A stretch of DNA of 64,000 bases from Parcubacteria group bacterium GW2011_GWC1_36_108 (GCA_000991245.1 LBRD01000001.1:5467-69466); one strand, 5' to 3'. Positions 44,390 through 54,977 are shown, numbered from the stretch's first letter. Numbers and translations are program-made. Notes: generated from the letters alone by a model not told the origin.

Positions 44390-47065
44390 TTATTTAGATA
44401 TCATTCTTCCATAAACAATTTTTCTTAATTCCTCCACTATTATTATGGAGGATGCGATCAAGGCAATCAGCAGCCACTCCTTTCCTGACAATGGCACAGT
44501 GCGCAATATTTTTTGAAAAAATGGATTATAAACTGCCAATAGTTGCAATGAAACAACAATCCCAGTAGCACTGACCAAAAATTTATTGGAGAATGGATTC
44601 ATCACAAAAATTGATTTTTCTTTTGAACGACAGTTCCACACATTAAACCATTGAAAAACTGCCATGGTGGTTAGAGATATTGTCCAAGCTTTTGCGATAT
44701 CAGTCTGATAATATTGACTGAAAAGATATATTGTTCCAATAGCCATCGGCAGCGCCATAAAAAACATTCTTTGCATCATCAATTTATCTATAATGAAAGT
44801 CTTTTTATATAATCTATTATTGTCGTCTTCTTTGGGCTCCATAGCCAAAGCCATATCCAAGAATCCGTCCGTCACAAGATTAAGCCACAAGATTTGAGCT
44901 GCCAAAATCGGCAGAGGGAAACCAAGAAACAGCGCACCCAATATAACAAGGACTTCACCTAAACTGGTGGAAAAAAGATACAACACCACTTTTTTAATGG
45001 TATTAAAAATGTTTCTACCTTCTTCAACTCCATGCGTTATGTTGGCAAAATTGTCATCAAGTAAAATTAAATCTGAAGCTTCCTTAGCAACCTCTGTCCC
45101 TATTTTCCCCATACCAATACCAATGTCCGATGCTGTAAGAGAGAGCGCGTCATTAACTCCATCACCAGTCATTGCAATCACCATCCCGTTTGATTGATAA
45201 GCTTTAATTATTCTAAGTTTTTGATCCGGTGTGATTCTAGCAAAAACACTGACGTTACTAATTTTTGATGCCAACTCATTATCAGTCAGATTTCTAATTT
45301 CCTCGCCACTCAAAACTTCATCCTTGACTTTAAATATTCCAGCCTCCTTAGCAATCGATCTTGCCGCTGATTCATGATCTCCCGTTATCATAACAACCTT
45401 GATTCCAGACATTGCCACTTGCCTGACTGCACTTTTCACTTCACTGCGCAGCGCATCCTTGATTGCAAAAAATCCTCCAAAAACAAGCTTAGGGATTTTT
45501 TCTTTGTCCAAAGAATGCAGCTTTGTTTCAAGATAAGCAAAGCCGATAACTCGAAGACCATCTTCAAACATTGATTGCATCATTGCTTGAATCTCGTGCT
45601 TTCTCTTGACTGTTATTTTTTTAAATCCATTAACATCACTTTCTTTTTCAGATAACTCAAGGACAACTTCCGGCGAGCCGGTAATTATGAGCAGATTGTT
45701 TTTATCTTGTTTATGGAGAGTAGCATGAAATTTAAGTTCGTAATCAAAAGGTATTTCATCTATAAGAATTTCCTCTGAAATCAAATCGTCACGATGAAAT
45801 CCAATTTTTTTCGAAAATACTGTTACAGCTCCTTCAGTGGGATCGCCCGCTATTTTCCAAAGTTTTTTCTTTTTCTCAAAAATCAAATTAGCGCTACTAT
45901 TCAGTGCCGCCAATTTACCAGCCATCAAAAGCTCAAGATGATTAAGTGGGTCAATCGTTTTTCCATTTAGTGTGATTCCGCCTGTTGGAGCATAACCATT
46001 ACACTGAACTTTAAATAGATTTTGTCCAATATACACGCTTTCAACCACTAACTCATTCTTAGTTACTGTTCCAGTCTTATCAACAGCCAGAATTTTTGTT
46101 TCGCCCAAAACTTCCACTGCCTGAAGTTTCTTTATGAGAACATTTTTCTTACCCATTCGCCAGACACCGCTTGCCAAAACAAGAGTTATCACGATAGGCA
46201 ATCCCTCTGGAATGATTGAGACTGAAACTGCAACCATAGTTTTGAAAATATCTTTCAAGACTAAACCATTAAACAACCCTAGTAAAAAAAGAAGAACTGA
46301 AACAATAACAACAAAAACAATAACAAAATTTGAAAGTTTTCGAATATCACCCTTAAGTGGAAATTCCCCATCAACACCCAATGTTTCTTCAGCAATATTT
46401 CCAAGAAAGGTATTTATTCCAGTTGCAACCACAACAGCTTTTCCATTACCAGAAACAACAACCGTTCCCTTGTATACCATATTAGTTTGATTCATAACCG
46501 AATTCACTGTTTTTTTGCAGGTAGCTATCGTCTTGAATTTAGGAACTGATTCTCCCGTCAGGGCAGACTCATTCACCTTGAGTGAGTTCGCGTTTATCAA
46601 TCTGGCATCAGCAGGAACTTTTTCTCCCTCACGAAGAATAATAATATCGCCAGACACAAGTTCTCTGTCGGAAATGATCACTTCCTCGTTATCGCGCAAA
46701 ACCATCGCACGACCCTTGATAAATTTCTTGAGTGCCAAAAAAGTATTTTGGGCCTTACCCTCTTGAATGGTTCCAATGATTGCATTAAATAGAAGCACGA
46801 AGAAAATGACTAGTGAGTCCATTGTTTCACCCATTGCAAACACAATCACTCCAGCAGTGAGGAGAATATAGATAAGTGGACTTTTAAATTGACTCAAAAA
46901 AATAGTTGCGTAGCTATCCCTTTTGGCCTCGGGTAGTTCATTGTATCCGCTTTCCAGTATCCTCTTTTTTGCATCAGCTGAAGAAAGTCCATATTGACTG
47001 GAACTAAATTCATTAATGACAGCATCAGGCTCTTGAAAATAATATTGCTCAACTTTTTTATTCAT
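44390..47065 (-). CDS. P-type cation-transporting ATPase (type IIA/Ca2+-like)
   Basis: TGES, DKTGTVT (phosphorylation site), KGAPE-like, MITGDH, GDGVNDALSL; 10 TM segments. Confidence 0.9.
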   Translation of the reverse strand: MNKKVEQYYFQEPDAVINEFSSSQYGLSSADAKKRILESGYNELPEAKRDSYATIFLSQFKSPLIYILLTAGVIVFAMGETMDSLVIFFVLLFNAIIGTIQEGKAQNTFLALKKFIKGRAMVLRDNEEVIISDRELVSGDIIILREGEKVPADARLINANSLKVNESALTGESVPKFKTIATCKKTVNSVMNQTNMVYKGTVVVSGNGKAVVVATGINTFLGNIAEETLGVDGEFPLKGDIRKLSNFVIVFVVIVSVLLFLLGLFNGLVLKDIFKTMVAVSVSIIPEGLPIVITLVLASGVWRMGKKNVLIKKLQAVEVLGETKILAVDKTGTVTKNELVVESVYIGQNLFKVQCNGYAPTGGITLNGKTIDPLNHLELLMAGKLAALNSSANLIFEKKKKLWKIAGDPTEGAVTVFSKKIGFHRDDLISEEILIDEIPFDYELKFHATLHKQDKNNLLIITGSPEVVLELSEKESDVNGFKKITVKRKHEIQAMMQSMFEDGLRVIGFAYLETKLHSLDKEKIPKLVFGGFFAIKDALRSEVKSAVRQVAMSGIKVVMITGDHESAARSIAKEAGIFKVKDEVLSGEEIRNLTDNELASKISNVSVFARITPDQKLRIIKAYQSNGMVIAMTGDGVNDALSLTASDIGIGMGKIGTEVAKEASDLILLDDNFANITHGVEEGRNIFNTIKKVVLYLFSTSLGEVLVILGALFLGFPLPILAAQILWLNLVTDGFLDMALAMEPKEDDNNRLYKKTFIIDKLMMQRMFFMALPMAIGTIYLFSQYYQTDIAKAWTISLTTMAVFQWFNVWNCRSKEKSIFVMNPFSNKFLVSATGIVVSLQLLAVYNPFFQKILRTVPLSGKEWLLIALIASSIIIVEELRKIVYGRMISK

Positions 47066-47078
47066 TGTCTTTGTATTT

Positions 47079-48143
47079 TTATTTTAATAACACCTTGCTA
47101 AAAATTTTCTCATACTCATTCACCATGCGTTCAACTGAAAATTTTTGAGTTACACTTTCTCTGCATTTTTCAGGTAAAATATCTACAACTTTTCCAATCG
47201 CCTCAACCATCTCATCAACATCTTCGACGATGAATCCATTTACTCCGTCTTCAATAATTTCAGGAACAGAGCCTCTTCTGAAAGCAATGACCGGGGTTCC
47301 ACATGCCAAAGCCTCCACCATGACCAAACCAAAAGGTTCATCCCAAAGAATTGGGAACAAAAGGCATTGCGCTTTTTTCAAATACTTAACCTTTTGTGAA
47401 AAATCAGCCTCTCCGACATATCGTATAAATTCTCCGTCAATGCGAGGCTTAACATCCTTTTCATAAAAATCGCGATCGGAAGAATCTATGTTAGCAGCAA
47501 TAATTAGTGGTATTTTAGTTTTTTCCGAAACTGAAATAGCCTCCAGTATTCCCTTGGTTGGAGTTATTCTTCCAAGAAACAATAAATAATTTTCCTTTTT
47601 ATCATCGAATGGAAACTTTTCAACATCAATACCATTATAAATGACCGCGGAATTTAGGATGAAAGACAAAGGACTACGATGATTTTCACTTATAAATACC
47701 GGTAAGCAATTGAATGGCAACTGGTTCTTCTTATAATACTCGATATGCTGCGGAACATTGGTTGAATTATGAAAAGTCGTGACCACTGGCACTGAAAAAA
47801 GTTTGAGTAAATTTGTTTGCTTGCCTTCAACTTCAAAATTGAGAACTGCTGGCTCATAATTCAGATGGATCAGATCGAATTCATTTTGCCTTTCAATTAC
47901 ACTTAGGATCTGACGTTCTTCCCATATTCTGTTTTCATCCACATGGTCAAATGTGGGATAGGGTGAAGTTTCCACACAGGTAATATTTTCCCCTCCAATT
48001 ATTGATCCTCCCGAACAGAAAACTGTCACTTGATGTCCACGTCCTGCCAGTCCTTTTACAAGCTCGGCAACAATCAATTGAATGCCTCCGTACTTTACAG
48101 GAGGAACAGGAATTATAACTGGGGATACGATAGCTATTTTCAT
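47079..48143 (-). CDS. Glycosyltransferase family 4
   Basis: GT-B fold with an EPFGLVMVEALACGTPVIA C-terminal motif. Confidence 0.75.
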   Translation of the reverse strand: MKIAIVSPVIIPVPPVKYGGIQLIVAELVKGLAGRGHQVTVFCSGGSIIGGENITCVETSPYPTFDHVDENRIWEERQILSVIERQNEFDLIHLNYEPAVLNFEVEGKQTNLLKLFSVPVVTTFHNSTNVPQHIEYYKKNQLPFNCLPVFISENHRSPLSFILNSAVIYNGIDVEKFPFDDKKENYLLFLGRITPTKGILEAISVSEKTKIPLIIAANIDSSDRDFYEKDVKPRIDGEFIRYVGEADFSQKVKYLKKAQCLLFPILWDEPFGLVMVEALACGTPVIAFRRGSVPEIIEDGVNGFIVEDVDEMVEAIGKVVDILPEKCRESVTQKFSVERMVNEYEKIFSKVLLK

Positions 48144-48150
48144 AAACTTT

Positions 48151-49182
48151 TTATTTTAAAAGAGATTTATACATTTTTTCATGCGCTCGTGCCATGACTA
48201 AAATATCGAATCTGTTTTCAGCCTCAGCGCGACATGCTTGTCTTGAAAGCGTTTTTACTTTCTTAGCAGCTTCAATAAATGCTTTCTCATCTTTAACAAT
48301 AAATCCGGTAACGCCGTCATGCAAAACTTCATGCACAGCGCCATTATCAAGAGCAATGACTGGCGTTCCACAAGCTAATGCTTCAACCATTACCAAGCCA
48401 AATGCCTCACTCCAACGTGATGGAAAAAGCATTGCATCAGCCTCACAAAATAAACGAACCTTTTCCTCATGTCCAACTTCACCAATAAAGCGTATTTGCT
48501 TGCCATCCACATATGGAAAAACTTTTTCTTCAAGAAACGCTTTGTCATTCTCACGAATCTCTCCAGCAATCGTCAGTGGAATATTTAGTTCTCTCGCAGT
48601 ATTAACAGCAATATCCAAACCCTTATTTTCTGAAAGAGTACCCAAGAAAACAAACCCATTACCATCTCCCCCTAAGCGTAATTTGAAATTGGCAGTATCT
48701 ATACCGTGATAGATTGTTGCTGCGTAATTTAATTCTGGAGCGAGATTACGCTGAGACTCACTAATGGAAATAAATGGATATTCCCTGAAAGCATCTGCCA
48801 GATATGGAAAATCGGGCGGTAAACTGCTATGAAGGGTTGTCACAAAAGGAATATTCATGAATGGAGCAAGAGCAATTGGATGAAAACCCATGTGATTATG
48901 CACAATATCAAAATCTTTAATGCGTTTTCCTAACTCAAAAAAAGACAGGAATTCATATTGTTTGATTCCTTTCCAGTCGAATCCCCCAACAAGATCGTAC
49001 ATTGGCCTATCAATTACTGGCAATAATTTACCTGTAACTTCAGACCCCCCACAAGCAAAAGTAGTGACCTCATGACCAAGTGCAGTAAGCCCCTTTGCCA
49101 AGTTAGCAACAACGAGTTCAGATCCTCCATATTTTTGAGGGGGAACAGTTTTCCAAAGTGGTGCCAGGAGTGCTATTCTCAT
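48151..49182 (-). CDS. Glycosyltransferase family 4 (paralog)
   Basis: EAFGLVMVEALACGTPVIA; the two GT4 genes are tandem paralogs. Confidence 0.75.
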   Translation of the reverse strand: MRIALLAPLWKTVPPQKYGGSELVVANLAKGLTALGHEVTTFACGGSEVTGKLLPVIDRPMYDLVGGFDWKGIKQYEFLSFFELGKRIKDFDIVHNHMGFHPIALAPFMNIPFVTTLHSSLPPDFPYLADAFREYPFISISESQRNLAPELNYAATIYHGIDTANFKLRLGGDGNGFVFLGTLSENKGLDIAVNTARELNIPLTIAGEIRENDKAFLEEKVFPYVDGKQIRFIGEVGHEEKVRLFCEADAMLFPSRWSEAFGLVMVEALACGTPVIALDNGAVHEVLHDGVTGFIVKDEKAFIEAAKKVKTLSRQACRAEAENRFDILVMARAHEKMYKSLLK

Positions 49183-49194
49183 ATTTTTTTATTA

Positions 49195-50688
49195 TTATTT
49201 TAACAAAAACTTACCATAACGAAGTTCTGCCTCAGCCAATATTTTTTTTGAATATTCCTTCGTTGGCTTAATTTTCCAATAAACATAGAAGACGGAAAAA
49301 ACTACTGATGCTGCAATCAAAAATGCAACTACCATAATGGGCTTCCCCCACCAAACAGCAGCTACCGCACCCAAAAGATACCATGACCCCAGAATAATTT
49401 CTCCGTAAGAATTCTTCATAAGACTTGGAATTTTTTTTATCACAAATTTATTAGTTCTTTCAAATCCGAATTTCTTTCCAAAAGCAAAAGCGATCCAGGC
49501 CTCCGAATAAACCAATGACATTCCCATGTGAACAACAAAAGCTTTAAATGCTCGAATGATAAAATTATTCTGCTTTCTGAGTGTCACCAAGAAAAGAAGC
49601 ATCTTAGCAGTAAGCGTTATAAAAATAGCCAAAGAAGCAAAAATCAGCACTTGCTTATGATAACTAGTAACAGGAATTGCTGGATGTAAAATTACAGGAA
49701 ACGCAGCAAGTGCAGCAAACGGCAAAAACAGGAATTGTTGCCAAGCGGTTAGATGAGAAAGAAAACCAATCCATGTTCTGAAAGGAATTTTCCCAAAAAG
49801 CATAAACAAAGTTTTCAGCGACTGCGCATTTCCAAAAGCCCATCGCCATTTTTGCTTTCGATATGATTCCAGATCATAAGGCATTAGTCCATATCCAACA
49901 GGCTGATCAACATAAATACCTCGGTAACCCGATTCATAAATTCTAAGCCCAACATCAGCATCTTCAGTCAGTGCCTCACCTCTAAATCCTCCGATCTTAT
50001 TCAGAACATTTAGCTTGTATACACTCACAGTACCAGTAGAGGGAACGCAATCCAAGTGATTGGCCATGTTCATATAGATTTCAAAAAAATGTCTATATTC
50101 ATCCGAAATTGATTGATTTTTTGCATTGCAATTTCTATATTGTTGAGGAAATTGCACCAGTGCAATTTTATCTTCTGAGAAAAATGGCATGGCGATTTTT
50201 AAAAATTTGTTTTCAACAACATAGTCAGCGTCAATAATGGCTATATATTCAGTTTTATTATCTATTTTCTTTAAAATATAATTGAGCGCCCCAGCCTTGA
50301 ATCCAGGCAGTTTATCGACATGAAAAAAACGAAATTTATTTCCGAGAGTTTCAACAAAAGACTCCACTGGTTTCCAAATGTTTTTGTCTCGAGTATTGTT
50401 GTCTATAACCAAAACTTCGAATTGATCGTAATCGAGCTTAGCCAATGCCTCAAGTGTCTGCATAAGAATTTCGGGAGGTTCATTGTAAGCAGGAACCAAA
50501 ATCGAAACAAAGGGTTGCGATTTCTTTTTACAGCTTTTCGGTTTGGAATGAGGAATAAGTGAAATGATTATTTGAGAAACGGACAAAAAAAGCCCCGCGA
50601 AAAGATTCAGGGCCAGAAAAATAACCACGTATTTAGGTATGAAAGCAGAAACTATCAAGATGATAATAAAAAACAGTGAAATACCCAT
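49195..50688 (-). CDS. Membrane glycosyltransferase family 2 (processive, cellulose/chitin-synthase-like)
   Basis: DxD (IDADY), TEDADVGLR and QKWRW (QxxRW) motifs; flanking TM helices. Confidence 0.75.
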   Translation of the reverse strand: MGISLFFIIILIVSAFIPKYVVIFLALNLFAGLFLSVSQIIISLIPHSKPKSCKKKSQPFVSILVPAYNEPPEILMQTLEALAKLDYDQFEVLVIDNNTRDKNIWKPVESFVETLGNKFRFFHVDKLPGFKAGALNYILKKIDNKTEYIAIIDADYVVENKFLKIAMPFFSEDKIALVQFPQQYRNCNAKNQSISDEYRHFFEIYMNMANHLDCVPSTGTVSVYKLNVLNKIGGFRGEALTEDADVGLRIYESGYRGIYVDQPVGYGLMPYDLESYRKQKWRWAFGNAQSLKTLFMLFGKIPFRTWIGFLSHLTAWQQFLFLPFAALAAFPVILHPAIPVTSYHKQVLIFASLAIFITLTAKMLLFLVTLRKQNNFIIRAFKAFVVHMGMSLVYSEAWIAFAFGKKFGFERTNKFVIKKIPSLMKNSYGEIILGSWYLLGAVAAVWWGKPIMVVAFLIAASVVFSVFYVYWKIKPTKEYSKKILAEAELRYGKFLLK

Positions 50689-50870
50689 ATTTTAACAATC
50701 AATGCTTAGTTTAAGGCATACTTTGCACATGATATAAAAATAACACCAACTATATAGTCGGCGTCAATTTGCGCCTAGATCACACTTATTGCCAACTGTA
50801 TCCTAGCATAAGATATTAAATTTTTCCAGTCTTTCTGTGTGCCCTATTTTATATTTTTCAATTAATAAAA

Positions 50871-51356
50871 CTACAAATAGCTCCCAAAACGAATGAAATG
50901 GCATGTGTAGCCTTCGGGATTTTTTTGCAAATAATCTTGATGATAATCTTCTGCTGGATAAAATTTCTTCAAAGGTTCCAATGTTGTGACTACTGATTTT
51001 TTCCAACGCGCGGATTCATTAACAATATCAATGAATTTTTCAGCCTCTTTTTTTTCATCTTCATTTGTATAAAAAATAGCACTGCGATATGAAGGACCCC
51101 TGTCATTTCCCTGTTGATTCAAAGTGGTGGGATCATGAATTTGAAAAAAGAAATCCAATATTTGATTGAAAGATGTTTTTTTATTATCATATTCAATTTC
51201 AACGGCTTCTGCGTGTCCTGGATGATTTTCGTAGGTTGGGTTTTTATTCTCGCCCCCAGTATATCCAACTCTCGTGCCAATCACGCCCTTTTGTTTTCTA
51301 ATAAGTTCTTGCAGACCCCAAAAACATCCTCCCGCCAGAACTATTTTTTTATTCAT
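50871..51356 (-). CDS. msrA: Peptide methionine sulfoxide reductase A
   Basis: GGCFWG active-site motif. Confidence 0.9.
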   Translation of the reverse strand: MNKKIVLAGGCFWGLQELIRKQKGVIGTRVGYTGGENKNPTYENHPGHAEAVEIEYDNKKTSFNQILDFFFQIHDPTTLNQQGNDRGPSYRSAIFYTNEDEKKEAEKFIDIVNESARWKKSVVTTLEPLKKFYPAEDYHQDYLQKNPEGYTCHFIRFGSYL

Positions 51357-51360
51357 AATT

Positions 51361-51723
51361 TTATTTTCCCAGGATAAATTTCATCGATATTGAGTTAACA
51401 CAATGTCTGATGTTTTTATCTGTTAATTTTTCTCCCTCAAAAACATGCCCTAGATGTGCTCCACATCTCGCACAAATAATCTCAGTCCGTCTTCTATCCG
51501 CATCCAAATTTCTTTTTACAGCACCCTCAATTTCATCATCAAAACTGGGCCAACCGCAAAAAGATTCGAATTTATCCTTAGAATTATACAGTGGCGCTCC
51601 ACACTGTTTGCATACATAAATCCCATTTTCTTTATTATTAACATATTCCCCAACAAACGGAGCCTCCGTGCCTTTATCAATAATGACTTTTTTTTCTTCT
51701 GGTGTTAGTTTTTTTAATTCCAT
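51361..51723 (-). CDS. msrB: Peptide methionine sulfoxide reductase B
   Basis: Two CxxC pairs ([20 protein letters not shown]) and RTEIIC. Start taken at MELKKL; the ORF-track N-terminal extension overlaps intergenic AT-rich sequence. Confidence 0.85.
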   Translation of the reverse strand: MELKKLTPEEKKVIIDKGTEAPFVGEYVNNKENGIYVCKQCGAPLYNSKDKFESFCGWPSFDDEIEGAVKRNLDADRRRTEIICARCGAHLGHVFEGEKLTDKNIRHCVNSISMKFILGK

Positions 51724-51946
51724 ATTATTAAAAATCATAATCAATATTCCACACTCATTCATACGATTCATAAGAGACGCGTATTTCAAACAAATAAAAA
51801 ATGGGGATTTAAATTCCCATTTTTTTCTTTAATAATCCACGGGCTAGCAAAGGATGTTAGAACTTTACTTGAGAAAAATAATAAAGATATCTATATCCCA
51901 AGCCTTTCTATGACAGCGTCAGATTTAGTTAATTAACTAAAAAACA

Positions 51947-53080
51947 TTATTTTATACAGGCACCCTCACGGCAACCCATTGGACACATAAATGCTGTAGC
52001 AGAAACTTCCCCATTTTCATCGCAAAAGGCTTCATTTAATTGGGGACCTCCTTCCTTTAAACAATTATCATAAACCGAAACGACAGATGGATCACCTCCA
52101 CTTAATATCATCTTGCCATTTATGTCTATTGAACCACCACCTCTTATTCCAAAAGGTGAAATATATTTAGAGGAAACATTGTGTATAGTAGAAACACCTC
52201 TAGTGTAATAATCCTTACCACCATCAGAATCTTCACAAGTATTAACTTTTTCAAAATTCAATTTTTTCTCATAATCATTATTATTTTCATTTGATTCTTT
52301 CACTATATTGCCACTGTCGATTGTCACAACGACATTTTTATCCCTTTCATCCACAATATCTAAATTATATATTATATCGGAAGTCAGACAATCTCCTGGA
52401 GAAAGCCTGAAATAATCCCAATATGGTGCCGCCCGATATTCTTTACCATCTATAGATACCTTAAACTGAAATTGCTCTTGATTTCTCACTGTCCAAACAT
52501 TGCAATATGTAACATCAAGAGCATTGATTCCATTAAATTTAATATCAGTGACCCTCAAATCAGGACTATCATTAGGCACAACAAAATTAAATTTATCAAC
52601 ATTGTTTAATTTGCTTAATTCGCTAACTTTTTTCTCTGGATCAATTATGATGTCGTAAGAATAATTACCAGAATCAATTTTTTCAATAGTTTTTGAAAAA
52701 TTATATATCTCACCAACTTTCAATCCTTTAATTTTTTCACTCGCAATTAATTTTTCTCCAACCTTAACAACGACATCAACACCATCTACAGTTTCTTTAT
52801 GTCCCCTATTTTCAATTTTACATTCCAGCCTTACAAATTTATCTATTTTTTCGGCATAAACTTGCGTTTTCAAATCAGATACTGTCAAATCAGCTCTTTT
52901 GTAAAATAAGAAATATGCCATAGATAAAAGCACAATAAATAGCAATGCACAAAATATTCCAGCCAAAATAAGCTTTTTATTGTTCGACTCACTTGACTTA
53001 TTGTCTTTTTCAAAATTACTTATCTGCCCATTGTTATTTCCCGAATTTTCACTATTGAAATTTTCAACATCTCCTTCCAT
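51947..53080 (-). CDS. Secreted/membrane-anchored protein with two CARDB-like beta-sandwich repeats and a Cys-rich C-terminus
   Basis: N-terminal TM; repeats beginning ADLTVSDLK... and PDLRVTDIK... (CARDB-like PDL motif). 8 Cys in the last 80 aa. Confidence 0.4.
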   Translation of the reverse strand: MEGDVENFNSENSGNNNGQISNFEKDNKSSESNNKKLILAGIFCALLFIVLLSMAYFLFYKRADLTVSDLKTQVYAEKIDKFVRLECKIENRGHKETVDGVDVVVKVGEKLIASEKIKGLKVGEIYNFSKTIEKIDSGNYSYDIIIDPEKKVSELSKLNNVDKFNFVVPNDSPDLRVTDIKFNGINALDVTYCNVWTVRNQEQFQFKVSIDGKEYRAAPYWDYFRLSPGDCLTSDIIYNLDIVDERDKNVVVTIDSGNIVKESNENNNDYEKKLNFEKVNTCEDSDGGKDYYTRGVSTIHNVSSKYISPFGIRGGGSIDINGKMILSGGDPSVVSVYDNCLKEGGPQLNEAFCDENGEVSATAFMCPMGCREGACIK

Positions 53081-53355
53081 AATTTTATTTTATAAATTTA
53101 TATCAATATTATAGCACAGTTCTAACTTCCTACTGCCCCACCAAAAAAGAGACTGACTAAAGCCTCTTTTTTATGTCTGCACGGGGTGCAGGAATCCTCC
53201 TCCCCCGAAATTTCTCGCGAATACACAGAGAAATTTCTCCTCCGGAGCCTGGGTTTTCAAAAACGTAAAATCGTTTGCGTTTTTGAAATACCCTTCGATT
53301 CCTACGCAAGCAAATAATAAAACAGACATCATTATGATGTCTGTTTTATTATTTG

Positions 53356-53426
53356 CACGGGCGGCAGGAATCGAACCCACGCCAACGGTTTTGGAGACCG
53401 ACGTACTACCACTATACGACGCCCGC
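53356..53426 (-). tRNA. tRNA-Trp (anticodon CCA)
   Basis: Manual fold: acceptor GCGGGCG/CGCCCGU, anticodon loop CUCCAAA, T-loop UUCGAUU, discriminator G73. A CCA anticodon is consistent with the standard code (UGA is stop). Confidence 0.8.
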
Positions 53427-53465
53427 ATTTTGTAAAAAGGGACAGACAAAGCCCGCCCCTTAATA

Positions 53466-53630
53466 CTATTTCATCTCTTTATGTTCAGTGTGCTTTCGGC
53501 AATGATTGCAGAATTTGTTAAGTTCAAGCTTTTCTTTGATCTTCTTTTTGTTACGAGAAGTGTAATAGTTAATTTCTTTGCATTCACTGCACTTTAATTT
53601 TACTAGATTTTCCTTTGTCTTTGTGGCCAT
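53466..53630 (-). CDS. rpmG: 50S ribosomal protein L33
   Basis: Manual translation gives MATKTKENLVKLKCSECKEINYYTSRNKKKIKEKLELNKFCNHCRKHTEHKEMK: an L33 zinc-ribbon (CxxC...CxxC). Below the ORF-track cut-off. Confidence 0.85.
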   Translation of the reverse strand: MATKTKENLVKLKCSECKEINYYTSRNKKKIKEKLELNKFCNHCRKHTEHKEMK

Positions 53631-53725
53631 ATAATTAGCTTATTAGGCTTTAGCTTTTTAGCTTCTTAGTGAATCCAAAAAACAAAAACTTTTTTATAAA
53701 TAATTCAATTTATTAATTCAACCTG

Positions 53726-53797
53726 AGCCGAAGAGAGGAATCGAACCCCCAACCCATCGCTTACAAAGCGATTGCTCTACCGTTGAGCTACTTCGGC
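53726..53797 (-). tRNA. tRNA-Thr (anticodon UGU)
   Basis: GCCGAAGUAGCUCAACGGUAGAGCAAUCGCUUUGUAAGCGAU...GGUUCGAUUCC; anticodon loop UUUGUAA. Confidence 0.8.
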
Positions 53798-53808
53798 TTA
53801 TTATCTAT

Positions 53809-54423
53809 CTATGTCAATTCTTTCTTATATTGATCTATCCAAGACAATAAAATGTTTAACAACTTTTTATCTGAATAATTTATTGCTATCGTACCCCAGC
53901 GAGATTTATTCTTATATGTTCCCACTCTGCCTTCATGAACATGTGATCTATAAAATCTCTCTGTCGGAATATTGGTTAGCTTTGACCAAAAAAGTTTCAA
54001 TTCTTTTTCATTGTGATCAGGATATATATGTATCAAAGCCTTCAGTCGTTCCTCTTGAACTCCGCAAATCTTCCTCAAAAAATTTAAAAAAACTTTTATC
54101 ATTTCAGGGTCACTATTTGCAAACTTGACTGTATTTTCTGTCTTAGCACCCTCGCCCCAGTACAGCATAATACCGGAAATTTTCAGTTCATTATCAACTC
54201 TTGAAATAACTTTTTTCAATTCAAATGGTTTTTTGTTAAATTTGGTCACATTCAAACTTGTAACAGCCTCGCTTATCGAACGCTTTTTGACATTTTGTTT
54301 TGCCAACCAATAGCACACAGCTGAATTTGAAACATCCAGCTTTTCAGCTATTTGCATTGCAGATAATCGCTCCTCCACATAAAGCTTAGCGATTCTATTT
54401 TGAATATTTTTTGAGATTGCCAT
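53809..54423 (-). CDS. HTH-domain protein, possibly a LAGLIDADG-type homing endonuclease, embedded in the tRNA cluster
   Basis: N-terminal HTH (LSAMQIAEKLDVSNSAVCYWLAK). The central motif GIMLYWGEGAK resembles a LAGLIDADG/GLxDGEG block. Weak assignment. Confidence 0.35.
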   Translation of the reverse strand: MAISKNIQNRIAKLYVEERLSAMQIAEKLDVSNSAVCYWLAKQNVKKRSISEAVTSLNVTKFNKKPFELKKVISRVDNELKISGIMLYWGEGAKTENTVKFANSDPEMIKVFLNFLRKICGVQEERLKALIHIYPDHNEKELKLFWSKLTNIPTERFYRSHVHEGRVGTYKNKSRWGTIAINYSDKKLLNILLSWIDQYKKELT

Positions 54424-54480
54424 GCTACAATATTAGCACAGTAACTGTTATTTGACAAACTACTCTACTATAAATAATTT

Positions 54481-54537
54481 TAAACCAATACCCCAAAAAA
54501 AGGCGTCTGTTTTAAAATTGGTGGGCAGAGAGGGATT
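54481..54537. repeat. Direct repeat copy A: duplicate of the tRNA-Tyr 3' end (19 nt) plus ~37 nt of its 3' flank (att-like)
   Basis: TAAACCAATACCCCAAAAAAAGGCGTCTGTTTTAAAATTGGTGGGCAGAGAGGGATT, versus copy B at 54697-54752 (about 5 mismatches). Confidence 0.6.
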
Positions 54538-54696
54538 TTCGCGTCGCTTGTTCGTCGACACTCACAATCTCCTTGCCCTGGTCAGCGCTGAATGCTCGTA
54601 TTCCTCGCATTCATCGGCGCACGCTGCGTTGTCTTTCTGCTGAAAGCCAACTTGCTTAGCTCCTGACCGTTCGAATCCTATCATTGTCAATAATTT

Positions 54697-54752
54697 TAAA
54701 TCAATGCCCCAAAAAAGGGCATTGTTTTAAAATTGGTGGGCAGAGAGGGATT
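54697..54752. repeat. Direct repeat copy B (the genuine tRNA-Tyr 3' end and its terminator region)
   Basis: Overlaps tRNA-Tyr at 54734-54752. Confidence 0.6.
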
Positions 54753-54819
54753 CGAACCCCCGAAGGCGTAAGCCGTGTGGTTTACAGCCACATCCAGTTG
54801 ACCGCTTTGGTATCTACCC
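54734..54819 (-). tRNA. tRNA-Tyr (anticodon GUA), long variable arm, CCA encoded
   Basis: GGGUAGAUACCAAAGCGGUCAACUGGAUGUGGCUGUAAACCACA...GGGGGUUCGAAUCCCUCUCUGCCCACCA. Confidence 0.85.
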
Positions 54820-54904
54820 GAGATATACTATATGCATATATAGTATTTCGTATTTCATATTAAAATATGAATTACAAAATGCTAGATACGAAATTCTTCT
54901 ACTG

Positions 54905-54977
54905 AGCCGTTGACCGGAGTCGAACCGGTGACCTCGCCCCTACCAAGGGCGTGCTCTACCAACTGAGCTACAACGGC
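54905..54977 (-). tRNA. tRNA-Thr (anticodon GGU)
   Basis: GCCGUUGUAGCUCAGUUGGUAGAGCACGCCCUUGGUAGGGGCG...CCGGUUCGACUCCGGUCAACGGCU. Confidence 0.8.

Noticed and set aside
53171-53449. 92-aa minus-strand ORF
   Set aside because: It completely overlaps tRNA-Trp and its terminator hairpin. No RBS and odd composition.
54452-54643. 63-aa + strand ORF between the two tRNA-Tyr 3'-end repeat copies
   Set aside because: It lies entirely in the duplicated or att-like segment, has no RBS, and the start codon is inside repeat copy A. It was kept only as part of the repeat finding.
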